Below are positions 17,477-27,620 of a stretch of 64,000 nucleotides of DNA, in pieces. Numbering within the stretch: the first letter of the stretch is position 1; every line of letters begins with the position of its first letter. The stretch covers positions 44,469-108,468 of the forward strand of contig JAFXEF010000045.1 in the NCBI GenBank assembly GCA_017520935.1, written 5' to 3'. A model generated the notes under the pieces. That model had not been told where the DNA came from. It searched no databases and saw nothing but the letters and a program-made list of their open reading frames with translations. Origin of the DNA: Bacteroidaceae bacterium (GTDB lineage: Bacteria; Bacteroidota; Bacteroidia; Bacteroidales; Bacteroidaceae). Made by a program: the position numbers and the translations under genes.

Positions 17477-18577
17477 CTATAAGTAATTATTTCCAAGCAT
17501 CATTTCATCCCAAAAAAATGCATATTCACTACTCCTTCGAATTATTACAAATATCAACGACGAAATTAAGCCAATATATAATGCATATTTCAGTGTGGAA
17601 TTCTTACTTATATTATTTATTGCTACTGGAAGAGCTATAATTAGAAACAAAGAAAAATATTGAACAATACGCATTAAAGAAGGATCTACCCAAGTTAGAG
17701 GTATAAACAAAATAGCCAATGACATAGCATTCACGACAAAATTTGGCACTTCATTTTGAGTATTCTTCTTTGATATTAAAACAAGTGCTGCAGTTAAAAC
17801 CATAAAAACAGCAAAGTTTTGAGCTCCAGATGTAGAAGAATCAGAATCAAGATAACTCATATAATTATCGGAGCCAGAAATTGTTATCAAGAATCCAGCA
17901 ATTATTCTTGCATAAGGGAACAATAAGGGCATTACTATCAACGAACTCAATAGAATTTTCTTCGAGAACTTAATATTTGCAATAAAGTAAAAAGGTAAAA
18001 AGACAAGAACTGATTTATGAATAAAACTAGCTATGAGAATCACGACAAGAAATGGGAATAATTTTCTTTGTCTAATACAAGAAATTCCTATAATCGTTGC
18101 TGTTGTTGCTATTGTCTGTCTAAGTCCTGTTATTGAGAAGAAACTATAGAATAACGCTTCATATATAACAAATGAAAAGAATAAATCTCGCAATGAGGAT
18201 AATTCCTTTTCAATAAGACGATACAATGGCCAAAAGAAACCTATGGATATTGCTATTAAGAACCATCTAAATGACGGTATAATCGACGAAAAAACTTTCA
18301 CTAAAAAATCATAACCTGCATCCTTTCCCTCATGCAAAACATATACATCATAAAATTTATTGAAAACGTAAGACCAAGGAGATTTTTGTACATCCTCAAA
18401 AGAAAGGAAATAAGCATAAGTATCAGCACCAACAGCTAAGTGTCGCAATCCAGACTGTATAACTAATAGGATGATAAGAAAATTTACATATCTGTGTCTT
18501 GTAATTTTATTATCATTTTTCGCATTTAATATATACAATATAAAAGCTATCAGTATTAGTAAAAGTTGTAACCACAT
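17477..18577 (-). CDS. wzy: EpsG/Wzy-type polysaccharide polymerase (multi-pass membrane protein)
   Basis: 366 aa, highly hydrophobic with many predicted helices. The position next to the flippase fits. Confidence 0.6.
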   Translation of the reverse strand: MWLQLLLILIAFILYILNAKNDNKITRHRYVNFLIILLVIQSGLRHLAVGADTYAYFLSFEDVQKSPWSYVFNKFYDVYVLHEGKDAGYDFLVKVFSSIIPSFRWFLIAISIGFFWPLYRLIEKELSSLRDLFFSFVIYEALFYSFFSITGLRQTIATTATIIGISCIRQRKLFPFLVVILIASFIHKSVLVFLPFYFIANIKFSKKILLSSLIVMPLLFPYARIIAGFLITISGSDNYMSYLDSDSSTSGAQNFAVFMVLTAALVLISKKNTQNEVPNFVVNAMSLAILFIPLTWVDPSLMRIVQYFSLFLIIALPVAINNISKNSTLKYALYIGLISSLIFVIIRRSSEYAFFWDEMMLGNNYL

Positions 18578-18607
18578 AATATAAAAATTGCGTTCTATCT
18601 ATATAAC

Positions 18608-19954
18608 TTACTCTATAATCTTTTTTCCTATGTATTTATTTAATACACATTGCTGAGAAAAAACATATGGAAGAAGAATAATACAATTAGTCCACACAAC
18701 AAATTCCCATGTCGTATATTTATAAGCGACTAATAACAAGCCTATCTTAAGCGAAACACCTAACCCAAACATTATAGTTTGTGTTCTCATCATAGCCAAT
18801 CCATTAGCAAGGGTTGACAACATTCCAGAATACAAAAAGATTGAACTAAAACAAGCGAACGATATAGCTGTTACATAATTCGGCTCTACAATTCCTTCTC
18901 CCAACCATAGATTCATAAGCATTGGCATACAGGGAACAAATGCGAACTGTAACAAGAACAAGCCAATTCCCGCTAATTTAATTTTTCCATAAAGTTTTTT
19001 AAGCCAAATATAATTCCCTTCAGCTTGAGCCTTAGTAACAACAGACCAAACAGGAGTCAGTGATAGTGACACAACCATAGACACAATAGTGGTCAATTTA
19101 TAATAGAAAGTATATTCTGCGGTGTATTCAGCGCCATATAGATTTGTAATAAAAAACTCATTCGTATTAACTATAACCATATACAAGATTTGGCAGACAA
19201 AGAATAATGTCCCAATCCTTGTGATTGCTCTAAGATGCCAACAATCTATGTATCTGCAAGATGGTTTGCATTCACACATTTCCTTGTGAAACACCCAGAC
19301 ACCCGCCACGATAGTTGGAATATTAGAAAGGAATATATAAGCAAATGATATTGAAACTAGAGCTTCCTCTACATTATCAAAATTAGCAACTAACACATAA
19401 AGCAATTGCAAAACACTAACACATAAAGCCAAAAAGTTATTAATTGCAGATTTCTGTAAAGCATAAAATATTGAGGTTATCGTCGTCAAAAAGAATCTCA
19501 ACATTACGGCAATAAGAACATATACAGTAGAAAGGAATAGTCCCCGATATGATACTAACTCATCACTTATGTTATATAACCAATATAAATCGACATTTTT
19601 AACCAACACATAACCAACAAATAGTAGGACGATAGCTACTAATCCTACAGCAAACATACCTGAAGATATTGTCCTTCGCGCTGATTCAAAATCTTTTGTT
19701 GTTAGATCTTTTACTAAATTATTCCTAATACCATTACCTAACCCCAAATCAAAGTTTAAGAACCAAAATAAAATGGATAATAAAGTATACCATATGCCCA
19801 AGACTTCATTATTATTGAAATAAGCAATAAATAATGGAGTCGTAATTAGGGAAACTATCATACCCCCGCCCTTCACGACAAAAGCACCAATGATATTCTT
19901 TATGACTATCTTTGTATTATCGCTTGAGTGCCGTATTTTTTTTATCAAGCCCAT
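18608..19954 (-). CDS. wzx: Wzx-type oligosaccharide flippase
   Basis: 448 aa with about 12 hydrophobic segments, in CPS context. Confidence 0.7.
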   Translation of the reverse strand: MGLIKKIRHSSDNTKIVIKNIIGAFVVKGGGMIVSLITTPLFIAYFNNNEVLGIWYTLLSILFWFLNFDLGLGNGIRNNLVKDLTTKDFESARRTISSGMFAVGLVAIVLLFVGYVLVKNVDLYWLYNISDELVSYRGLFLSTVYVLIAVMLRFFLTTITSIFYALQKSAINNFLALCVSVLQLLYVLVANFDNVEEALVSISFAYIFLSNIPTIVAGVWVFHKEMCECKPSCRYIDCWHLRAITRIGTLFFVCQILYMVIVNTNEFFITNLYGAEYTAEYTFYYKLTTIVSMVVSLSLTPVWSVVTKAQAEGNYIWLKKLYGKIKLAGIGLFLLQFAFVPCMPMLMNLWLGEGIVEPNYVTAISFACFSSIFLYSGMLSTLANGLAMMRTQTIMFGLGVSLKIGLLLVAYKYTTWEFVVWTNCIILLPYVFSQQCVLNKYIGKKIIE

Positions 19955-19972
19955 AATAAGAAAATATAATTA

Positions 19973-21109
19973 TTATTTGCCGAGAAGTTTGCTTAATCCA
20001 TTTGCGAAATCACAATCAAGTTTTTTTAATCTTTCTTGGTTCTTTGTTCCATCTATTACGGAAATGAGAATCGCCGCTGCTATTTCTTGTGGATTTTGAT
20101 TATCATAATATTGTATTAAATCTCCCACATAAGACTCCTCTATGGCAGCATTACGACCAGAGATAACGTTCAATCCATTTGCCATATAATTTAGGATCTT
20201 ACTAGGAAAAGATGTTAAGTTCAACAACGTACTTGGATCTTGCGTACATAATCCTATATGGCATTGCTGCATAAGTTTCTTAATGTCCGTTAATGGTAAA
20301 AAACCATGATATGTAATTATACAACTAGACACAGATTCCGCATCGCAAATATTTTTTTTCGTTTCTTCTATTTGCTCTGTAGTTCCAAAACCCGTTATAT
20401 GAAGGTGATATCCTATCGGTAAAAATTTTGCAACTTCTATAGCAGCATTGACTCCACCTTTGACCGGATCAAAAGTTCCAGCATATAATAAATGAATATT
20501 ACCATCATCAAAATGACTAACTATTTTATCCTCATTCTTATATATGCCATGCACGACTAAATAGGGTCGATTATTTCTATTTAATCTAGAATTTAACAAT
20601 GTATTAGGAAACATAAATTTATCACAAATGTCTATAAATTTATATTCATTTCGAGATTTGCTCTTCGATTGCCTATGAACATCTTGATATATTTCTTCAA
20701 TATCCCCAATTAGTGTGAAGTTTTTAAGTCTTTTAAGCATTATAAATGCAGAATCATAGCCTAAACTATGGTATACCAATATAGTTTCCCCCTTTTTAAT
20801 ATTTAGTAAGCACCATAGAAAGAATTGTAAATCAACCATCCATCGGTTAACTACTCTCAAAACTGAAGAAGTCTTTCTCAAACTTGCAAAATACCGGTAC
20901 GTATTGCAACCTTTTTTCTCCACATATCCTGGCAAACACTTATTAATGGAACTTTCTGCTCTAGATATATGGTCCACACCATATCCACAACGATTCAAGA
21001 CTTCGATGATGTAGTCTATCTTTGTATCAGCTGCAGGAGAATTGTTACGACGTTTAATTGAATCTGTACAGCCTCTATATGAAAAATATTTGATTCTTTT
21101 TGATTGCAT
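19973..21109 (-). CDS. Glycosyltransferase (GT4-like C-terminal domain)
   Basis: LLYAGTFDPVKGG and SFPSKILNYMANGLNVISG are motifs typical of the GT-B C-terminal domain. Confidence 0.65.
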   Translation of the reverse strand: MQSKRIKYFSYRGCTDSIKRRNNSPAADTKIDYIIEVLNRCGYGVDHISRAESSINKCLPGYVEKKGCNTYRYFASLRKTSSVLRVVNRWMVDLQFFLWCLLNIKKGETILVYHSLGYDSAFIMLKRLKNFTLIGDIEEIYQDVHRQSKSKSRNEYKFIDICDKFMFPNTLLNSRLNRNNRPYLVVHGIYKNEDKIVSHFDDGNIHLLYAGTFDPVKGGVNAAIEVAKFLPIGYHLHITGFGTTEQIEETKKNICDAESVSSCIITYHGFLPLTDIKKLMQQCHIGLCTQDPSTLLNLTSFPSKILNYMANGLNVISGRNAAIEESYVGDLIQYYDNQNPQEIAAAILISVIDGTKNQERLKKLDCDFANGLSKLLGK

Positions 21110-21136
21110 TTGTTCTACTTTTTTTTAATTAATACA

Positions 21137-21745
21137 CTAAATTCTTTCACGCAACCAAGATATCCCTTCTTTCAAAATCGTGCCAGGAATTCCACCTATA
21201 ACGACATTATTAGGAAATGACTTCGTTACCAATGTATTTGACGCGATAACTGAGTTATGTCCTATTTCAACCCCTTTATTGATTGTAACTCTAGTACCTA
21301 TCCAACAATGATCACCTATAACAACGCTTTTGGCATGATTAATTCTTTCCCCGTCATGAACATTGATGATAGAATGTGAATCAGTTGTTACTATTCGAAT
21401 GTCTGATGACAACATACAATCATTACCTATTACAATCTCAGTACAGGTTTCACAAGCGGCCAAATGAGCTTCTTCAATAGTAGTTTTCGATTTAATTATA
21501 ATTCTATTATCTTGGTCTTCAAACCAAAAATGAGCGTTCTTAATTATACAGTCTTCTTCTATGAGGAGTTTATGATCATTTCCAAAAACTGTAATCTTTA
21601 CCCCCCCCAGCTTCGACTTGCAAATAATAGAATTATTGTTACCCCTTATCATTATATTACGTCGGGATACACCTTTAACATAGTTGTTATAACCTTGAAT
21701 AGGAAACAACTTATTCTTTACTTTACTGAAGAGATTTCTTATCAT
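21137..21745 (-). CDS. Hexapeptide-repeat acyl/acetyltransferase
   Basis: Left-handed beta-helix repeats: IGDHCWIGTRVTINKGVEIGHNSVIASNTLV. Confidence 0.75.
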   Translation of the reverse strand: MIRNLFSKVKNKLFPIQGYNNYVKGVSRRNIMIRGNNNSIICKSKLGGVKITVFGNDHKLLIEEDCIIKNAHFWFEDQDNRIIIKSKTTIEEAHLAACETCTEIVIGNDCMLSSDIRIVTTDSHSIINVHDGERINHAKSVVIGDHCWIGTRVTINKGVEIGHNSVIASNTLVTKSFPNNVVIGGIPGTILKEGISWLRERI

Positions 21746-21792
21746 AACTGAATTACTAAATTTGTATTTATGCTCTATATCAGTCCCAGATT

Positions 21793-22473
21793 TTAGTAGT
21801 CAATCTTTCTTATATATTTAGCAGGATTCCCTCCCCATAGTTCACCGCTTGGAACATTGCATATCACTACACTTCCTGCTGCTATAATAGATTTTTCACC
21901 AATTGAGACCCCTTTACAAATAATGCAACGTGCTCCAATAAACACATAGTCACCTATAGATATCGGTGCTTTTTTTGCATTATCAGCATCTAATTCTCTA
22001 TTCGCACGATCTTCCCAATTCGTACTATGAAAATTGGTGTCAAAGATCATTGTCCCTGCACCAATATTAACATAGTTGCCAATCTTTATATTATCATAAC
22101 AGTGAATAAGAACATTGCTGATTCCACTATTATCTCCAATTTTCAACTCTGCATTACGGGCCACAATAATCTTGCTTTGACCATGATCAATAACGCCATC
22201 TAAGTGACTATTACAAACAAAACTTTTTCCTATAGATATTTTACCTTGAACATTTAAGTAGATTTTTCCAGACAATTTAATATCATTATTATAGATCGCA
22301 TTTGCCCTCTTAAGCGTAAAAATTGCCATTTTTTGATACAAGAAATTCTGGACTTTATTTTTTGCTTTGTTATATAGTATATATATATGTATCATATATC
22401 CTAACGTTTTATATATTTTTTTGCATAACTGAATTCTTAATTTATATTGAGAATCACTATAGGCCAATAACAA
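21793..22473 (-). CDS. Hexapeptide-repeat acetyltransferase (start uncertain)
   Basis: Repeats read: IGNYVNIGAGTMIFD and IGDYVFIGARCIICKGVSIGEKSIIAAGSVV. An internal Met may be the true start. Confidence 0.7.
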   Translation of the reverse strand: MLLAYSDSQYKLRIQLCKKIYKTLGYMIHIYILYNKAKNKVQNFLYQKMAIFTLKRANAIYNNDIKLSGKIYLNVQGKISIGKSFVCNSHLDGVIDHGQSKIIVARNAELKIGDNSGISNVLIHCYDNIKIGNYVNIGAGTMIFDTNFHSTNWEDRANRELDADNAKKAPISIGDYVFIGARCIICKGVSIGEKSIIAAGSVVICNVPSGELWGGNPAKYIRKIDY

Positions 22474-22616
22474 GTTAATTAATCGCTCTTTGAGATAGTT
22501 AATATCAAGAATACTTTCAACGCGGTCATCAATGCGATCAAAGGAAACGATTATCCTTATTTTGAGGACTGTTTGACAAATTATTTACTCGCCTATTTTT
22601 ATTGGACACTAATAAT

Positions 22617-23816
22617 TTATAATTTCACATATAAATCATAGAATAATGCACTCATCAAATCTTTAGAATATTTCATCCTACTATGTGTAGATACCTCTTT
22701 TTTATCAACATTCCATTCAAAGGAAATCTCTTTAATTATTCTATCAACATTCCCATAATCTACAAATTTAGTAAAATCCTCTATAGCGATACTTTCTGGG
22801 CCACCAGCTTTGAACCCAACAACAGGAGTTCCACAGCAAAGCGATTCAGCAGTTACCATCGAAAAAGTTTCACGCTTAGAAAGCAATAAAGTTATATCCG
22901 ATTCTGAATAAAGTTGGGCTAATTCCTCTTGAGTTTTAGCTGGACCCCAAAGTTGAATATTACGAGGTAATTCGCTTAGAGTGCTTGAAGTTCGACTAGA
23001 TACAACTACAAATTTATATTTGAGAAGATTACTTGCAATTGTAGGTAAATAAAATCCTCCTTTATTATCGTTTTCCTCTAAACCAAAATAGGGAGTAACA
23101 AAAAGAATTATTTTTTCATATTGTTCCCTATCTATAAGGTTCATAGATGTTCTATAGAAAAACGTAGAATAATCAACCCCATTAGGAACATACTCTATAT
23201 TATATCGTTTAGTTATTGAGGATTGCTTAGCTCTTGCCGCTAACCACGGAGATACTGCTGTAATGACAAGTCTATCCGTTGGAAATGAATTTATTGCGTC
23301 ATACATCTTTTTGTAAGCCTCCTTTGAACGGTCAAAAAACCACGAGTTTACTCTCTGTCTGTATACATTACAATCACGGCAACCTTCTACCCATTTGGAA
23401 CAGTCAAAAGCATGTCCACAACCAGCAGTATGATAAACTTCCGCATGTAGAGTTAACACTGTTTTTTGACCAATTTTTGACAAATACTTCAACAAGGAAT
23501 ATAGGTTTATAACAGAGCCATTCAATAAATGTACGTGTACTACATCTGGATTAAAATGTCTTATAATCTTCTCAACTCGCCTATTTGACAAATAAAATCC
23601 ACCAAATGGAATACCAATAATACGAGAAAGTAAAGCATTGATATTGTGTTCAAAATTAGTACATATTTTCTTGGAGTATACATCAATGTTTGAATTTCCA
23701 ATACCATAACATGTTAAAACTTCATGCCCATGACTACGAAGAGTGTCTGACAATGACGCTACTATTTTTCCCGTACTACCCTTACGGTAAACACAATTTA
23801 ACAATAATATTTTCAT
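22617..23816 (-). CDS. Glycosyltransferase family 4-like
   Basis: 399 aa with GT-B layout. ETFSMVTAESLCCGTPVVGFKAGG is in the C-terminal domain. It is adjacent to the 6-deoxy-hexosamine genes. Confidence 0.7.
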   Translation of the reverse strand: MKILLLNCVYRKGSTGKIVASLSDTLRSHGHEVLTCYGIGNSNIDVYSKKICTNFEHNINALLSRIIGIPFGGFYLSNRRVEKIIRHFNPDVVHVHLLNGSVINLYSLLKYLSKIGQKTVLTLHAEVYHTAGCGHAFDCSKWVEGCRDCNVYRQRVNSWFFDRSKEAYKKMYDAINSFPTDRLVITAVSPWLAARAKQSSITKRYNIEYVPNGVDYSTFFYRTSMNLIDREQYEKIILFVTPYFGLEENDNKGGFYLPTIASNLLKYKFVVVSSRTSSTLSELPRNIQLWGPAKTQEELAQLYSESDITLLLSKRETFSMVTAESLCCGTPVVGFKAGGPESIAIEDFTKFVDYGNVDRIIKEISFEWNVDKKEVSTHSRMKYSKDLMSALFYDLYVKL

Positions 23817-23853
23817 CTTTCACTTCTGAAATATTACCTCTACTTAATGCTAT

Positions 23854-24978
23854 CTATTTTCTCCACACCATACGATTAATTATTCCCGTATAGCTCTGAA
23901 TAAGTTTTACAACCTTAGTAGATACATTATCATCCACATAGGCAGGAACATCACAAGCATCATCACCGTTCTTATGCATCTCTACAGCCATATTAACAGC
24001 CTGCAGCACTTGTTCAGAAGAAATAGAACCAATAGTAAATACACCCTTATCCATCGCCTCAGGACGCTCAGTAGAGGTACGTACTGACACAGCGGGGAAA
24101 TGGAAGTATGCACTCTCTTCAGGTACAGTACCACTATCAGAGACTACGCAGAACGCATACTGCTGTAAGTGGTTGTAGTCAAAGAAGCCAAGAGGTTGTG
24201 ATTGTATGACACGAGGGTCAAACTTGAAGCCACGCTGTTCTATGAATTTTCTTGAACGAGGGTGACAACTGTAAAGAATAGGCATATCATAATACTCGGC
24301 CATAGCATTTACCGCATTCATCAATGAGAAGAAGTTTGCCTCAATGTCAATATTCTCTTCACGGTGAGCAGAAAGAAGGATATAACGGTTTTTCTCCAAG
24401 CCCAAACGCTCAAGCACATCGCTCTTATCTATTTCCACTTGACTTTCCTTTAATACTTCTGCCATAGGTGATCCTACAACGTAGGTATACTCGGGCTTCA
24501 CACCTGAGTCAAGGATATAACGGCGAGCATGCTCTGAGTAACAAAGGTTTACATCACTCGTAACATCCACGATACGACGAATAACCTCTTCGGGGAGGTT
24601 CTCATCCTTACAGCGGTTACCAGCTTCCATATGGAAGATGGGAACTTTAAGACGCTTTGCTGCTATGATTGAGAGGCAAGAGTTAGTATCACCAAGTACA
24701 ATGACAGCATCGGGCTTTACCTCTACCATCAAATCGTAGGCTTTAGAGATGACATTACCCATTGTCTGACCGATATTATCACCGACTACACCCAAATAAT
24801 AATCTGGTTCACGCAAGCCGAGATCTTTAAAAAAGACCTCATTAAGGGTATAATCGTAGTTCTGCCCTGTATGTACTAATACATGATCAAAATACTTATC
24901 ACTCTTCTTGATGATGGCAGACATCTTGATAATTTCAGGACGTGTGCCTACTATGGTCATTAGTTTAAGCTTCTTCAT
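23854..24978 (-). CDS. UDP-N-acetylglucosamine 2-epimerase (non-hydrolysing), FnlC/WbvD/CapG-like
   Basis: MTIVGTRPEIIKMSAII and VLGDTNS are motifs of the family. Confidence 0.85.
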   Translation of the reverse strand: MKKLKLMTIVGTRPEIIKMSAIIKKSDKYFDHVLVHTGQNYDYTLNEVFFKDLGLREPDYYLGVVGDNIGQTMGNVISKAYDLMVEVKPDAVIVLGDTNSCLSIIAAKRLKVPIFHMEAGNRCKDENLPEEVIRRIVDVTSDVNLCYSEHARRYILDSGVKPEYTYVVGSPMAEVLKESQVEIDKSDVLERLGLEKNRYILLSAHREENIDIEANFFSLMNAVNAMAEYYDMPILYSCHPRSRKFIEQRGFKFDPRVIQSQPLGFFDYNHLQQYAFCVVSDSGTVPEESAYFHFPAVSVRTSTERPEAMDKGVFTIGSISSEQVLQAVNMAVEMHKNGDDACDVPAYVDDNVSTKVVKLIQSYTGIINRMVWRK

Positions 24979-24993
24979 ACGCTTCTATTTTAT

Positions 24994-25854
24994 TTATTTT
25001 GAAATATAATGGGGGTATAATTTGGGATGGGCATCTACCCACTCCTTCATTTCCTTTACTTGCTGCTCATAAGAGGGAACGATAAAAGAGAAATCCGTTC
25101 GCGTGCAACGAAGTGACTTGTCTAGCTGCAGTTTATCATTGGGTTGGATGTCAACCTCTCCACCACGGAAATATTTATTGAACAATTGCAGCAAGTCATA
25201 CTTGTTAATGCTCTCATTATTTACAAGATTATAGAGACCACACAAGTTCTCTTTAATGGCCTGGTCCATAGCCTTGGCCAATGTATAGGTAGTGACACCT
25301 GTCCATATGGCACCCGTATATCCTCCAATGGGGCCACTTTGTTTCATAAACCAGTTGAAAAGTCCTATACCCCTTTCATTTGGGTCCGGACCTACAATTG
25401 AGTTTCGGAATGTAAGATTCTTATTGTCATTCACCTCACCCAAAGCCTTAGAACGGTCATAGAAGATGCGCCCATCTTGCAGGCTATCTTCATAATAAGG
25501 CCCTGTATTGCCAGCAAAGACACAATCTGTACTCATGTGAATAAGTCTTGTTTTCTTATCACGCAATGTGTCTGCTATGAAATGTGGTAAGTAACCATTC
25601 AAGAAAGCAGCGTCACCTTTATTTTCTTCAGCATATTGATTTAGAATACCTATGCAATTGATGACAACATCATAATCATCATCTAAAATCGCATTGCGAA
25701 CATCATCTACTGATAATGCATCACCGAGAACATTCTTACAATACGATATAGGACGACGAGTAAAACCAACAACATCATAGCCCCTCTCTTTAAAATAGAG
25801 AGTTATAATGTGTCCAGCCATACCACTAGCACCAAGTACTAAGATTTTCATCAT
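24994..25854 (-). CDS. SDR-family sugar-nucleotide reductase (RmlD-like, short WbvR-type)
   Basis: It has the Rossmann motif ILVLGASGMAGHI. At 286 aa it is shorter than FnlB/CapF-type reductases. Confidence 0.65.
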   Translation of the reverse strand: MMKILVLGASGMAGHIITLYFKERGYDVVGFTRRPISYCKNVLGDALSVDDVRNAILDDDYDVVINCIGILNQYAEENKGDAAFLNGYLPHFIADTLRDKKTRLIHMSTDCVFAGNTGPYYEDSLQDGRIFYDRSKALGEVNDNKNLTFRNSIVGPDPNERGIGLFNWFMKQSGPIGGYTGAIWTGVTTYTLAKAMDQAIKENLCGLYNLVNNESINKYDLLQLFNKYFRGGEVDIQPNDKLQLDKSLRCTRTDFSFIVPSYEQQVKEMKEWVDAHPKLYPHYISK

Positions 25855-25872
25855 TATTAAGAGTTAATGTTT

Positions 25873-26964
25873 TTATTCTGAGCGAATCTCCTTACCTTTG
25901 CTACGAGGTATCAAACCGAGGTCTTCACGAATGAAGCGAAGCTTGAGCAACAAATTCTTCATGCCCTCTACATCGAGACGACCAGTGTTGTGGCTGTGGT
26001 AGTCCTCAATCTTAGAGATTTCCTCATCACCCTCCGTGAAGTATTTGTCATAGTTGAGGTCACGATTGTCGCAGGGGATGCGGTAGTAGTCGCCCATGTC
26101 GATGGCCTTGGCCATCTCCTCACGAGTCACGAGCGTTTCATATAGTTTCTCGCCATGACGGGTACCGATAATCTTCACCTCAGTCTCACCGTACTTAGGA
26201 TTCACCAGCGCATAAGTCTGTTTCAGAGCCTTAGCCAACACGTCGAGTGTAGCTGCAGGAGCCTTCTGCACGAAGAGGTCACCGTTTTCACCATGTGTGA
26301 AGGCATAGATGACGAGGTCAACGGCATCGTCGAGCGTCATCATGAAGCGAGTCATGTTGGGGTCGGTGATGGTGATGGGCTTGCCCTGCTCAATCTGCTC
26401 TACCCAAAGAGGAATCACCGAGCCACGGCTTGCCATCACGTTGCCGTAGCGAGTGCAGCAAATGGTAGTCTTGGCACCTTGCCCTAGCTCACGACCCTTG
26501 GCAATAGCTACCTTCTCCATAAGCGCCTTTGATATACCCATAGCATTGATGGGATAAGCCGCCTTGTCGGTAGAGAGCACCACCACGTTCTTCACCTCAT
26601 GCTCGATGGCCGAGAGCAATACGTTATGCGTACCCACCACATTGGTCATGGTAGCCTCCATTGGGAAGAACTCACAAGAAGGTACCTGCTTGAGGGCAGC
26701 AGCGGCAAACACATAGTCCACACCACGCATAGCCACATCCACCGACTCACGGTTGCGTACATTACCGATATAGAACTTCACCTTACCTGCCACCTCTGGG
26801 TACTGAGCCTGTAGATGATGACGCATATCATCCTGTTTCTTTTCGTCACGTGAGAAGATACGAATCTCCTTGATATCACTCTCAAGGAAGCGACGAAGCA
26901 CAGCGTTTCCAAACGAGCCCGTTCCGCCTGTGATTAACAGGACTTTGTCTTTGAATACTGACAT
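25873..26964 (-). CDS. UDP-GlcNAc 4,6-dehydratase/5-epimerase, FnlA/CapE-like
   Basis: KVLLITGGTGSFGNAVLRRFLESDIKEIRIFSRDEKKQDDMR is nearly the canonical FnlA/CapE N-terminus. Confidence 0.85.
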   Translation of the reverse strand: MSVFKDKVLLITGGTGSFGNAVLRRFLESDIKEIRIFSRDEKKQDDMRHHLQAQYPEVAGKVKFYIGNVRNRESVDVAMRGVDYVFAAAALKQVPSCEFFPMEATMTNVVGTHNVLLSAIEHEVKNVVVLSTDKAAYPINAMGISKALMEKVAIAKGRELGQGAKTTICCTRYGNVMASRGSVIPLWVEQIEQGKPITITDPNMTRFMMTLDDAVDLVIYAFTHGENGDLFVQKAPAATLDVLAKALKQTYALVNPKYGETEVKIIGTRHGEKLYETLVTREEMAKAIDMGDYYRIPCDNRDLNYDKYFTEGDEEISKIEDYHSHNTGRLDVEGMKNLLLKLRFIREDLGLIPRSKGKEIRSE

Positions 26965-26970
26965 AATAGT

Positions 26971-27006
26971 TTATATTTTTAGTTTATTATTTGCTGATTG
27001 ATCCAT
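26971..27006 (-). other. 11-codon mini-ORF MDQSANNKLKI directly upstream of the FnlA-like gene; contains a 19-nt exact repeat (26985-27003)
   Basis: The ATG is at 27006-27004 and the TAA at 26973-26971, 6 nt before the FnlA-like ATG. A twin mini-ORF sits at 31545..31580. Confidence 0.4.
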
Positions 27007-27010
27007 TTTT

Positions 27011-27097
27011 ACGAATTACGAGGGTCGAAGTTCGAATTACGAAGTGCGAGGTGCGAGGTTCGAAGTTCGAAGGTCGGGGTTCGAGGGTCGAATTACG
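27011..27097. repeat. Stutter tract (CGAATTACGAGG / GTCGAAGTTCGAA flavour)
   Basis: Sequence: acgaattacgagggtcgaagttcgaattacgaagtgcgaggtgcgaggttcgaagttcgaaggtcggggttcgagggtcgaattacgaggttcgacg. It overlaps the last codons of the four-helix-bundle gene. Confidence 0.8.
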
Positions 27098-27461
27098 AGG
27101 TTCGACGTTTTGAATTTCTAAGTCCAGCGAGCATTTGAGCAACAGCCTTCACCTGCTCTTCTGCCTCAAATAATTGATTCTCGTTTATATAACGTAGTTC
27201 ATTGGCAAGTTCTAATTGGCACATCACTTCGTTTAACGAGCCTAAAGCTATCTCCATAAAATGTGCCTGTTCTTTAACAGAAACTCTTCCCTCACCTTCA
27301 GCTATATTAGAGGGAATTGACACCACTGCTCTTCTCAACTGGTCACACAATGCATACTGCTCCTCCTTAGGGAATAATCGCAACAAATCGTATACATAAA
27401 GTACCAACTTCTTTGCCTGCTGATAGACTCGCAAATTACGATATGAGAAATTTTCATCCAT
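27093..27461 (-). CDS. Four-helix-bundle protein (23S rRNA intervening-sequence protein family)
   Basis: NLRVYQQAKKLVLYVYDLLRLFPKEEQYALCDQLRRAVVSIPSNIAEGEGR is the family signature. Confidence 0.8.
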   Translation of the reverse strand: MDENFSYRNLRVYQQAKKLVLYVYDLLRLFPKEEQYALCDQLRRAVVSIPSNIAEGEGRVSVKEQAHFMEIALGSLNEVMCQLELANELRYINENQLFEAEEQVKAVAQMLAGLRNSKRRTS

Positions 27462-27466
27462 TTTTT

Positions 27467-27587
27467 ACGAATTACGGGGTTCGGGGTTCGAAGTTCGAGG
27501 GGAGAATTTCGAAGTTCGAAGGTCGAAGGGCGAATTACGAGGGGTCGAAGTGCGAATTACGAGGGGTCGAAGTTCGAATTACGAATC
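27467..27587. repeat. Stutter tract (same TTCGAA/ATTACGAGG flavour) 5' of the four-helix-bundle gene
   Basis: A 120-nt run of degenerate cgaattacgaggggtcgaagttcgaa units. It begins with the same TCCATTTTTACGAATTACG junction seen at 27002. Confidence 0.8.
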
Positions 27588-27620
27588 TATACCTTATTCC
27601 CCATAACATTATACAAATTC

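Noticed and set aside
27011-27587. The regularly repeated short units flanking a small gene might be a CRISPR array.
   Set aside because: The units are 6-13 nt, degenerate and contiguous. There are no unique spacers of 25-40 nt and no conserved 25-40-nt repeat. No cas genes are present in the window.
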